64,000 nt of DNA. Origin: an uncultured Nitrososphaerota archaeon (GTDB lineage Archaea; Thermoproteota; Nitrososphaeria; Nitrososphaerales; Gagatemarchaeaceae). The stretch spans positions 256,001 to 320,000 of the forward strand of contig CAVRAG010000007.1 of assembly GCA_963718895.1 (NCBI GenBank). Reading direction: 5' to 3'. Both the position numbers and the translations under genes were made by a program. Of this stretch, positions 1 to 9,827 are shown piece by piece (the stretch's first letter is position 1; each line of letters starts with the position of its first letter). The notes beneath the pieces were generated by a model that ran no database searches, was not told the DNA's origin, and saw only the letters and a list, made by a program, of their open reading frames with translations.

Positions 1-2249
1 AGGCTCTCGGGCGAATCGCTCCAGAGCTCGTTCCGGACCATCCGTACGTAGCCCTGGCTCAGGACCTCGACTATGGCGCTCTCGATCCCCTTGCAGGCGT
101 CGTTGTAACGGCCCTCGGCGTAGGAGGCCTTGATCTCAGTCGAGGCCCCATCGATGCTCGCCAGGAGCCATCGGTCCATTATTGTGAGGACGCCCCTCTG
201 CTGGGCCCAGGCGATGTCGTGCAGGCCGGGGTCGAACCCGTCCTGTTCCCCGTTCTGTCTGAGGTAGACGTGGAGGTGGTAGAGGGTGTTGAGGATCTGG
301 TACGGCCGGCCCGCCATCTCCTTCAGGTCCAGGCTGACGGCGTCGACGGGCGAGCTCTTCCATGTGATGTAGAACCGCAGGAGGTCCACCGAACCCTCCC
401 GCAGAAGCCCGAGGGCGTCGACGACGTTGCCCAGGCTCTTGCTCATCTTCCTGCCCTTCTCGTCCAGGACGTGCCCCTGAAAGAGGAAGGCGCGGTAGGG
501 CGCGACGGGCTTCCTCAGATAGATGACATTGAGCACAAGGAGCGTGTACGCCCAGCCCCGGGTCTGGTCGATCCCCTCGGTGAGGTGCTCGACCGGGACG
601 AGCTCCGCCCTCTCCTCGTCGGTGAAGGACGCGAGGGGCGCCGAGCCGCTGTTGTGCCACGTGTCAAGGACGAAGGGCTCCCGGTGGGCCTCGCCTCCGC
701 ACTTGGGGCACCGCAGGGCGATCCGGTCGATCCAGGGCCTGTGGAGCTCGAAGGCCTCTCCGTCGGGGAGGGAGACGGCCTGGCGGACTATGCTCTCCCT
801 CGAGAAGGCTGGGACCTTCTCCCTGCAGCTGGCACAGACCCAGATCGGGAGCGGAGTCCCCCACACCCTCTCGCGGGAGATGCACCATGGCGGCGACTGC
901 CTGATGAACTCGATGAACCGATTGCGGGGCTGGTCGAAGTAGTACTCGACTTTCTCGGCGGCAGCGACGAGGTCCTCCTTTATCTGATCTATCCAGTAGA
1001 AGTACTCCCTCCTCGCGACCCAGACGAGACGGTGTCCCGACCTCCAGCAGGTGGGGTATTCGTGCTCGAGTCGGCCGTCGCTGACGAGGTTTCCGGTCTC
1101 ACGGAGGAGTTTCGCCACGAGGGCGTCCGAGTCCCTGACGAACATCCCGGAGAACCTCCCGGCGTCCTCGGTGAAGCAGACCCTGTCGTCGATGGGCACG
1201 AAGACCGGAAGCTTCCTCCTCGTCGCGACGAAGAAGTCCTCCTCCCCGTTCGCGGGCGCGAGGTGGACGAGGCCGGTCCCGGTGGCGGTGTCGACGAAGT
1301 CCTCTGCGACCACCACGTGTATCTTTCCCTCCTTGCTCAGCCTCTCCAGGCCAGGAATGAGGCCCAGAAGGGGGTGGGCATAGTGGAGGCCCTCGAGCTC
1401 CCTGCCCTTGACCACCTTGATCGTCTCGCCCAGCTCGAACTTGAGCTCCTTGGAGAGCGCGGTCATCCTCTCGACCCCCAGGACCCAGACCTCGGACCCG
1501 ACCCTCACGTAGGCGTAGTCGGCTTCGGGCCTGACGCCGACCATCTCGTCCGTGACCAGGGTGAAGGGCATGGTCGTCCAGATCAGGAGGTAAGCCCCGT
1601 CGGAGGTCCGGACTTTGTAGTACAGGCTCGGGTCCTCGAGCGTCTCATAGCCCAGGACGGCTTCGGCGTGGCTGAGGGAGGTCTGGCAGCTCGGGCAGTA
1701 TGGGACGACCTTGAACCCCTCCCCGAGTATCCCGTCGGACCAGGCTCTCTCTAGGAACAGCCACTCCCTCTCGATGTACGAGTCCCGGTAGGTCATGTAC
1801 GCCTTGCTGTGGTCGAGAAGCAGTCCCAGAAGGTCGTCGGCCTCCTCCCAGGCGGCCAGGTACTTTGCGACCAGCCTCTTGCAGGCCTCCACCATCTTCT
1901 CCTCACCGATCTGCTTCAGGTCCTCCCACTTGTTCCCGGAGAGCCCGAGCTCCTTCTCGGCCTGCAGCTCGACCGGGAGCCCCTGGCAGTCCCACCCGGC
2001 CCTGAAGACGACGTTCTTCTTCGAGAGGGTGCTGAAGCGGTACCAAAGGTCCTTCATTATCCTGCCTCGGATGTGGCCGATGTGCGGCACCCCGTTGAGG
2101 GTCGGTGGGCCCTCGACGTAGCCCACCAGAGGATACTTCGCCAGGGCCTCGCGGACGGTCTTTGGCAGGTCCAGGTCGTCGCCGAAGCGCCGGGCCCTCG
2201 CCTCCAGGACCTTCCAGTCGTAGTTGGGGAGGAGAGGGAGACCCGCCGT
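1..2249 (-). CDS. ileS: Isoleucyl-tRNA synthetase (3' end runs off window)
   Basis: Open minus frame to window edge: EGPPTLNGVPHIGH, GWDCQGLPVE, WTTMPFT, KMSKS (~440-453). Start codon uncertain (ACG at 2249 or GTG at 2282). Confidence 0.95.
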
Positions 2250-2529
2250 CTGTGAATCACTATGGCTGGATTTTATAACCACTCAAGGCCCGCACCGTCC
2301 ACGCCCTGCCGATTTTAAAAAGTTTGGTCGCTGGTTCCCCGTTTCCGTCCCAGGAGGTCACGCCATCTCGACGCGCGCGCTCGGTGAGCGCGAAGAGCAC
2401 GCCCAGATTCTCTACGGACCCGGTCCCTCCCACGAACCCTGGTGCAGTCTCGAGCCTTTCATTCGCGACGACTGGTCCGGCCGCCCAGCGAGCCTTATTT
2501 AACGAGGGTGAACGGGCGGTACGCTCGCA

Positions 2530-2943
2530 GTGGACATGCCCAAAATCAGCTACGAGCCCACCGAAGAGATAGTCCTTCATCAGGTGCTGGAGTACGACAA
2601 CAAGGCCTTCTTCGAGGAGGTCATGCGCCAGAACCTTGCCCAGCAGATGTCCGTGATCCCTACCGTCAACTGGATTGACGGGATAGCATTCTCGGTCTGG
2701 AGGTTCCCTGAGACCGACGATGTGATACGCGACGCGCTGGACGGGAAGCTCCACCTCTTCTCGGTCGCCTTCACGAGGGTGGGTTTCCAGACCCACTACC
2801 CCATAAACCTGGCAAACCAGGACATCAAGGTCCCGCTCCGGAACGCAAGCAACAACGCCAACTTCGTCGCGCTGGTCGCCTTCCTGAAGGAGTTTAGTCA
2901 GCAGAAGGCATCCGCCTCGGTCTCCGAATCAAAAAAGGACTGA
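2530..2943 (+). CDS. Hypothetical protein (137 aa)
   Basis: Clean ORF with typical codon usage, TTATTTAA box upstream; ATG alternative at 2536. Confidence 0.75.
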   Translation: MDMPKISYEPTEEIVLHQVLEYDNKAFFEEVMRQNLAQQMSVIPTVNWIDGIAFSVWRFPETDDVIRDALDGKLHLFSVAFTRVGFQTHYPINLANQDIKVPLRNASNNANFVALVAFLKEFSQQKASASVSESKKD

Positions 2944-2951
2944 GGACAGCC

Positions 2952-3935
2952 TTAGTAGTCCGATAGGAAAGCCTGATACCCGTTCAGTGGCTTTGCGTCG
3001 AAGCCTAGCCTCCGCAGGTCCTGGGCGAACTCCTCGGTGAAGCCGTGGGTCGTGTAGACCTGTTCCGGCGATACCTCTTTGACCAGGGCGACGAGCTCCT
3101 TGTAGTCGCAGTGGTCGCTTACCGCGAACGCGTAGTCGGCGCCTATGGAGTAGGCGTACCCAGGGTCTGCTGCCCACCCGCTGAATGCGACCAGGGCCGC
3201 GCCGTGTTCCTTCTTCAACCGCTGGGCGAACTTGCTCCGCGAGCTCATCATCGGCGCGACCATCACCCACGGGCCGGCCGAGATGCCCTCGAGGTCCGCG
3301 CCCACGACCTTCCCCTTCCTGAGATTCACGCCGCACTGGCCGTAGACCTCGTTGATCTCCGCCACCCTCTTGTGCACGTAGAAGGGGCTCCAGGACGAAA
3401 AGAGGTGAGAGAGGATCTGCGACTTGCCGAGCGCGTACCCCATGAGGACGACGGGCCTGCCCTTGTCGAAGAGCATCCCTATGGTCGAGTTGACCTCCTT
3501 CACTATCTGCGAGATCGGGGGGAAGACGTAGTTGCTTCTGCCAAAGGTCGACTCAGTGATGAGTATCCTCGCCTTCTTGGTCCTGCACCTTCCAAGGAAC
3601 GCGCGGTCCCTCCCCGCTGCGTCTCCTGTATAGAGGACCTCCTCGCCTATGCAGATGGCACGAGCTCCGAGTATGTGTCCCGAATCGAGGAGCCTGACCT
3701 CATCGGCAGTCTCCGAGGTTCTCCCCAGGTCGAAACCCCTCGCCTTGGCGAGGAGGCGAGTCTCTCGAGATGCGAGGACCTTGCTCCCCGCGTCCGGGTT
3801 ATGGACGTGATCGAGGTGCGCGTGGGAGACGAACGTGTAGTCGGCCTTCGACGGACCCTTGGGGTCGAGAGCGTAGGACGCGGCGCCGTACTCGACTGTT
3901 ATGCCGCTTCGCAAAGATATCCTGGCGCGACCCAA
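2952..3935 (-). CDS. MBL-fold metallo-hydrolase, beta-CASP-type RNA/DNA exonuclease
   Basis: SHAHLDH, SGHILG, YTGD, ESTFG, SDHCD, THG motifs. Confidence 0.85.
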   Translation of the reverse strand: MGRARISLRSGITVEYGAASYALDPKGPSKADYTFVSHAHLDHVHNPDAGSKVLASRETRLLAKARGFDLGRTSETADEVRLLDSGHILGARAICIGEEVLYTGDAAGRDRAFLGRCRTKKARILITESTFGRSNYVFPPISQIVKEVNSTIGMLFDKGRPVVLMGYALGKSQILSHLFSSWSPFYVHKRVAEINEVYGQCGVNLRKGKVVGADLEGISAGPWVMVAPMMSSRSKFAQRLKKEHGAALVAFSGWAADPGYAYSIGADYAFAVSDHCDYKELVALVKEVSPEQVYTTHGFTEEFAQDLRRLGFDAKPLNGYQAFLSDY

Positions 3936-3989
3936 GCAGGTGACCTGCTCGGCTCGTCGGCGAGCGTGGGTTTATGATGTTATCCCCGA

Positions 3990-6349
3990 CTATCGGTCAG
4001 TCCGCTGGCGGTCGGGCTGGTGCGAGATCTGGACGGCCCTGAAGGCCCTCCACGAACCGGGCCCCACTTCCAGGCGGAGCTCCAGTCTGTCGAGGAGCTT
4101 CCTCCGGTCGACCCTCTCCCACTGGCAGCTCGCCTGGTTGAACTCGTCCAGGTCAGCGAAGAGAGCGCTCGCCAGCGGCTTACCCCTCAACGGGACGCTG
4201 ACGACCTCGGACAGAATCCGAGCCAGAGGCGTTCCCCAGACAGACCAGCAGCGAGGACTGGTCCCAGAACAGGAGGCACTCGATCGAGGGAGAGACCTCC
4301 AGCGGCTCGCTCCGAGGGAGCTTCACCGAGCCCTCGACCTGGGTCTTCTCGTAGCTCGAGACTATGAGGGCCTGGGACTGTGTCCTTCCGACGAAGAGAG
4401 ACCCGTCTCCGCCGATCCTGAACCCCCGCAACGAGAACCACCCCAGGCGTGACCCACGAGCGACCCGGAGCGTCGGTCCCTCGGGCGAGACGGTCATCCC
4501 CGCCTCTCCGGTCAGCAGCGTCTCCACGAACCTCGAGGCTGCCACCGGGTCCGATCCCAGGGACTCGATCTGCCTCTTCTCCGGGTCGAACCAGTAGGGG
4601 AACTCCCCAGGGACGCCTCCCATCCTCTCGCAATCGGAGTTCACGAGCGCCGCGACCTTCTCGAGCTGGGCGCTCCCCAGGGCCGGATGACCAGAGGTGT
4701 AGGAGAGTATTGCAAGCGCGAGGGAGCCCCTCGTCCAGCATCCGCCGAGCTGCCCGTCACCGTACACAGGGCTGTAGTAGAGGGCGTTGGCCAGAGAGAC
4801 GGTTCGGGGGCCGTAGCCCGTCTCAAAGTCCTTCTCCAGAAGCCTGTGGACCGTCGAGGACCCGAGGTTCGCGTCGGGCCCGGAGTAGGACAGCGCGACC
4901 GCCTGGTCGACGGTGACCTCGGAGTGAAGCCTTCCCTTCGGGTCGAGATTGAGCGCGAGGTTCCCGGTCTCGACCTCCTTGAGCCTCTCGCCGACGGACT
5001 CGAGGATCCTCGCGCTCGCGTCGCGGAATCCCGAGGATTCGTCCGGCTTGCTGAGGGAACGGGAGAGCGAGGAGAGCTCCGAGAGTGCCCGGGCCGCGAC
5101 CATGTTCACCTCGCTCACGTGGCCGGTGGGGTAGCCTGAGCCGAGGCGTCTCCTCCAACCGTCGGGCGAGCCCGGCTGGGTCGAGATGAGTCCGCCCTGG
5201 GCTGCGGCGCGGAGGGCGTTTCCGGCCTTCCTAAGGGCGGGATACCACTTTCTCGCCAGCTTCCTGTCTCCCTTGAGGCCGAGGTAGCTGCAGGCGTTTA
5301 TGACGAAGAGAGACGTCTCCATCGGACCGCCCCGGTCCGAGCTGGAGTGGGGCAGGAGACCATCCCTGCGCATGGAGCCCTTCGAGGACCCGAACTCCTC
5401 CTCGAATAGGGCCGGTCTGAGGAACCCGAGACCGAAACCGGCAGAGATGCGGTCGAGAGAGTAGGGCTCGCGCTCGAGCGAGTCGAGCGATGCCTTCGCC
5501 CAGGCATAGGCGAAGTTGACCGGGGGGCTCGAGCAACGAAAGAGGGGTCCGAGCCGATCCCGGGGAGCATCGCCCACGCCGGCGATCCCATCCTTGAACT
5601 CCGAGAGCACAGACTCCAGCGAGGAGCCGTGATAGAGCGACGCGGTGACGACCTCGTGCGAGCCGCCCGGAGGAAGGTCGACGTCGTGCTGGCTCACGAT
5701 CGATGATCGCTCCGGACATGCCCGCCGTGTTCTCCGGGATCTCTCCCGAGGCGAACAGGTCGATCGCCTTCTGCCTGGACCTCGTGAGGTAGACGGCGGT
5801 GGGGTGAGGCGAGAAGCCGATCACGCGGACCCCCGTCGTGTCCCCGACGTCGTCCATCACGACGTGGTCGCCCCGGTTGAAGGCGTTCACGCCGACGTCC
5901 GCCGGCGGGTCACGGTCGAGTCTGAAGTTCAGCGACGTGGGGTCGTGAAGCGTGAGCACCCTCAACCTGAGGCCGGCCTCTGATCTGTTCGTGTACCTGG
6001 CGAGCCGCAGGTATCCGTTCGAGTCCTTCCCGCAGAGCCGGATGTGGTGCGACGCCTGGACCGGCTCCTGTCCCCCAGACGAGAAGCCCAGGTATCCGGG
6101 CGAGAGCCTCACCTTCTTGTCCCTCTGTCGCTGTGCGATCACCACCCCCGCCTGAATCTTGAAAGCCTCGACCGATTCCCTGCCGAACAGGAGCTTGCCG
6201 AACCTGGCCGAGTGGAGGTGCGCCACGCTCCCATCGGGGTCGACCCTGAGCCGGTCGTAGCCCGCCGCGACGAAGACGCTCCGCCTGAGCGACGAACTCG
6301 TGACTTCCCTAGCGTAAGGGAGCAGGGCCTCCTCTTGCATTGGTGCCAT
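3990..6349 (-). CDS. Glycogen debranching / amylo-alpha-1,6-glucosidase-like (alpha/alpha)6 glycoside hydrolase, frameshifted near 5700 and 4190
   Basis: Three consecutive ORF pieces (5231-6349, 4180-5697, 3990-4190); GH-like segments 'TGYGPRT', 'YY...GGCW', 'GEFPY'. Confidence 0.6.
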
Positions 6350-6434
6350 CTCGACTCCGAAGAACTAATGGGGCTGCATTTACCTAAGTTGAGCGATTGT
6401 TCACCAGTTCTTTACTACGCCGGCTGGAAGGAGG

Positions 6435-7838
6435 TCAGTCCGCCTTCCACGAGACGCCGCCCCCTGGCTTGTCCTCAAGGGATATCCCTTCTTTCTTGAG
6501 CTGGGCCCTTATCTCGTCGGCCCGCCGGTAGTCCCGCCTGCGCCGCGCGTCCTCTCGGTCCCGGATGAGCCCCTCGACGCGCGCCGAGACGACCCCGTCC
6601 TCCTCCGGCTGCATCACCCCAAGGACGGAGTCGACCCTCCGGAGCGCCTCGATAACGGCCAGGCGCCCGGTCCCAGAGAGCCCCCCCGTATCGATGAGCG
6701 AGTTGATGGTTCTCTGGAAGCCGTAGAGAGCGGCGAGCGCCTCGGCCATGTTGAGGTCGTCGTCCATGGCTCTCTCGAACTCTTCGAGGAAAGAGGCGCT
6801 CTCCGGAACCCCCCGTTCGCCGTTCTCTGCCGCAGGTGATTCTCGAATCCTCTTTGCGAACGAGTCCATCCTCGCGATGTTCGACTTCGCCTGCATCAGG
6901 GAGTCGTCGGTGAGGTCGAGCTTGTCCCTGTAGTGCGCGCCGATCAGGAAGAGCCTTATGGCCCTCGGCTTCCACCCTTTCTCCGTCAGCTCCCTGAGCG
7001 TGACGACGTTCCCGACCGACTTGTGCATCTCCTCGCCCTTGACGTTGAGGAAGTCGGAGTGAAGCCAGTATCGGACGAACTTCTTCCCCGTGGCCGCCTC
7101 AGACTGGGCGATCTCGTTCTCGTGGTGCGGGAACCTGTTGTCAATCCCTCCCGTGTGGATGTCGAAGGTCTCGCCCAGATACTTCATCGACATTGCCGAG
7201 CACTCGATGTGCCACCCCGGCCTGCCCTTGCCCAGCTCCGTCTCCCAGAACACGTCCCCGTCGTCCGCGTCCCACGCCTTCCAGAGGGCAAAGTCGTTGG
7301 CCTGATCCTTCTCGTAGGAGTCGTTCTTGACCCTCGCTCCCGCCACGAGCTGTGAGGGCCTGATCCCCGAGAGGTCCCCGTATCTCCCGAACTTGGAGAC
7401 GTCGAAGTAGACGGACCCGTCCTCCGCTCGGTAGGCGTATCCCTTCTGCATGAGCGTCTTTATCAGCTCGACCATCTCTGGGATGTGTCTCGTAGCGCGC
7501 GGATAGAACTCCGCCCTCTCGATGTTCAGCGCAGTGAGGTCCTCCATGAAAGCGCGCTCGTAGTATGAGGTCAGCTCGTCAAGGCTCTTGTTGAATGCCT
7601 TCATCCCCTTGATAATCTTGTCTTCGACGTCCGTGATGTTCATGACCTGTGTGACCTTGAAGCCCTTGAACTTCAGGTAGCGGCGCAACACGTCCTCGAA
7701 GACGAACGTCCTGAAGTTGCCGATGTGGGCGTAGTTCCAGACGGTGGGCCCGCAGGTGTACATCCGCACCTCACCCTCCCGGAGCGGCTCGAAGAGCGAG
7801 AGCTTCCTCCCGAGACTGTTGTAGAGGTACAGAGCCAA
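6435..7838 (-). CDS. cysS: Cysteinyl-tRNA synthetase
   Basis: [36 protein letters not shown]. Confidence 0.97.
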   Translation of the reverse strand: MALYLYNSLGRKLSLFEPLREGEVRMYTCGPTVWNYAHIGNFRTFVFEDVLRRYLKFKGFKVTQVMNITDVEDKIIKGMKAFNKSLDELTSYYERAFMEDLTALNIERAEFYPRATRHIPEMVELIKTLMQKGYAYRAEDGSVYFDVSKFGRYGDLSGIRPSQLVAGARVKNDSYEKDQANDFALWKAWDADDGDVFWETELGKGRPGWHIECSAMSMKYLGETFDIHTGGIDNRFPHHENEIAQSEAATGKKFVRYWLHSDFLNVKGEEMHKSVGNVVTLRELTEKGWKPRAIRLFLIGAHYRDKLDLTDDSLMQAKSNIARMDSFAKRIRESPAAENGERGVPESASFLEEFERAMDDDLNMAEALAALYGFQRTINSLIDTGGLSGTGRLAVIEALRRVDSVLGVMQPEEDGVVSARVEGLIRDREDARRRRDYRRADEIRAQLKKEGISLEDKPGGGVSWKAD

Positions 7839-7914
7839 GTCGGGAGGAACCCGCGCCGGTTGGCGTGATAAGTTCTTCCCTCGGTCTCAAAATAAAAAGG
7901 AAAGGGAGATCGGA

Positions 7915-8064
7915 TTACTTGAGCTTGCCGATACGGAATATTGGCTTGCCGCAGGATCCGCAGATTCCCTTGACAGCAGCTCTACCGTTCTTGAGCTTGA
8001 TCTGTTTCGGGTTCTTGATCTCCCTGTTCTTCTTCTTCTCATACACACAGTAGCCGGTTACCAC
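7915..8064 (-). CDS. Small basic Zn-ribbon/SH3-like protein (DUF5679-like, Cren7-like fold), 49 aa
   Basis: GYCVYEKKK...LKNGRAAVKGICGSCGKPIFRI; GAGG SD-like element and TTATATAT box upstream of GTG 8064. Confidence 0.8.
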   Translation of the reverse strand: MVTGYCVYEKKKNREIKNPKQIKLKNGRAAVKGICGSCGKPIFRIGKLK

Positions 8065-8413
8065 TGTACATTTCCTCGGCTCTTGGGCGCCGGAGTTGAT
8101 ATATAAGCTCTTGGTAAAGAGGCAAGAATCAAGGTTTTTTCGGAAAACAGAGACTTGTTGCGACCGGAAAAAAGGATAGGAGCAAATCGTCATTCTATGG
8201 AGCAGCTCCATTTCTCCGATTTTTGCTCCCAACCGAAAACATGCCAAGACCGACTGGTCGTGCATCTTGTAAGGAGAATGAATCGGAACGTTTTCTCCGG
8301 GTCGCTGAGGCATGGCGCGGGCCGTTGGCCAAAATCGGCCGAAAAAGGGCGCGTCGAGAAAGTTGGTCGCGCGCCCAGTTAGAAAAAACATAGTCGCGCG
8401 AAGCGCGCTGAGG

Positions 8414-8899
8414 TCACGTCTTCACGATGATGGTGCCTTCCACGATCTGCGAGAGGAAGACCTCGTAGGTGTAGGTGCCCGGTGCGGTGAGGGTGACGCA
8501 GTAGATGTTGCCGTAGGTCATTCCGTCAAAGTACCACTGCACTCCGTTGGGCGGCACCGAGACCGATATCACGTTGTGCGCGGCGCTCGAGTCCTGGTCG
8601 TTCCAGATCACGGTGTTGTTGATCCCTACGACGACGCTCAGCGTCGGCGGCTCGAAGCGGATGCTCGAGTTCGCACCCACTCCCTGAGGGATGACAATCT
8701 GGGCCCCCTGCGGAGAGCAACCAGAGTCCGAGGTCGCGTTCGAGGGAGGCAACGAAGGCGGTGTCCCGACATAGTAGGCCAGCCCCGCTATCGCGGCTAG
8801 CACCAGGATTATCACGGTCGAGATCGAGATGTTTCGTTTCTTCTTCGACTGACCCGGGAGCTGCCGCGTCCCGCGGAAGACCGTCGCGCTTCGCCTCAC
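8414..8899 (-). CDS. Membrane-anchored cupredoxin-fold protein lacking the C-terminal Cu ligands
   Basis: N-terminal TM; FEPPTL..V..NNTVIW.N.D...HNV; PGTYTY followed by EVFLSQIV instead of C-x2-H-x2-M. Confidence 0.75.
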   Translation of the reverse strand: MRRSATVFRGTRQLPGQSKKKRNISISTVIILVLAAIAGLAYYVGTPPSLPPSNATSDSGCSPQGAQIVIPQGVGANSSIRFEPPTLSVVVGINNTVIWNDQDSSAAHNVISVSVPPNGVQWYFDGMTYGNIYCVTLTAPGTYTYEVFLSQIVEGTIIVKT

Positions 8900-9064
8900 T
8901 GACCCATCCCTCGCGAAAGTTGACTCAAGTCTCCACTTTCACTTAGTGGCAGCCGCTGAGCCTCATGTGTCATGTCCGAACTCCCAAGCGTCGTGGACAA
9001 ACGCCAAGCTCAGGCCTATAGCTTGTTGCATCGGCGGCTCAGGCTCGCCTCGGCATCGTGCTGC

Positions 9065-9556
9065 TCAGCCCGTGACGGTTATCGTTCCCTTCATCCACGA
9101 GTGGAAGTCGCAGACGTAGGTGTAGGTGCCGGGGGTCGTCAGGGTCACGCTGTATGAGTTGCCGCCCTTCAGGTTCGGCGACGTGGTCCCCGCCGTTACC
9201 GTCGAGCCCGCGGGCACCGTCTGGAAGTCTACGTTGTGGGTGACTCCCGTGTCCTGGTTGGTGAACGTGATCGTAGTGCCCGAGGTCACCGTGAGGGTGG
9301 ACGGGGAGAAGTTGGCGCCGTTCCCGGCGCCAGCCGGGATCGTCACCGATTGGGTCTGGCCGGAGATGCTGGAGGAGGAGGTGCTAGTAGAAGGCGCTGT
9401 GGCGGTCTTCGACGGAAGACCCAGAGGACCCCCGGCTCCGGTGGCACCGGTGACCAGAACCGTTCCGAGGACTATGGGGATCACGATCGCTATCACCACG
9501 ACGAGCGCCAGGACAGCTTTTGTTGAACCGCTCATCTTTGTGCTCATTTTTCTCAC
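9065..9556 (-). CDS. Membrane-anchored blue copper (plastocyanin/azurin-like) protein
   Basis: TM anchor, S/T linker, HNVDF ... YVCDFHSWMKG type-1 Cu ligands. Confidence 0.9.
   Translation of the reverse strand: MRKMSTKMSGSTKAVLALVVVIAIVIPIVLGTVLVTGATGAGGPLGLPSKTATAPSTSTSSSSISGQTQSVTIPAGAGNGANFSPSTLTVTSGTTITFTNQDTGVTHNVDFQTVPAGSTVTAGTTSPNLKGGNSYSVTLTTPGTYTYVCDFHSWMKGTITVTG
9075..9362. repeat. 288-bp exact direct repeat, copy 1 (cupredoxin domain)
   Basis: Base-for-base identical to 12220-12507 by eye. Confidence 0.92.
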
Positions 9557-9825
9557 TGGATTATCGGGAAGGCGAGCAGCAGGGTGATGATGAGGACCCC
9601 TACCAGGAGGACCGGGATAAGGAAGAGGTACTTTATCGCAGTCGACTCCTCCCTGATGTTCATCGAGAAGAGGGCGGTCACGACTGCACTGACCGCGGCG
9701 ATCGTCCCGATCACGACGTCGATGTTCAGGTTGCCTGGGTTTGTCTCGTAGGCCGCGACCTCGATCACGCTAGCAACGACCAGGTACAGCCAGACGCCGA
9801 CGGCTAGACTCGTTTTCATCATCAC
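9553..9825 (-). CDS. Heme-copper oxidase subunit IV-like small membrane protein
   Basis: 3 TM helices, 'LFSMNIREE' resembles the CoxD 'FMHLR.E' segment; operon position. Confidence 0.7.
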   Translation of the reverse strand: MMMKTSLAVGVWLYLVVASVIEVAAYETNPGNLNIDVVIGTIAAVSAVVTALFSMNIREESTAIKYLFLIPVLLVGVLIITLLLAFPIIQ

Positions 9826-9827
9826 AC

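Noticed and set aside
219-1754. 511-aa plus-strand ORF and the many other long antisense ORFs
   Set aside because: Shadow frames of GC-rich genes (here ileS) with no recognisable motifs.
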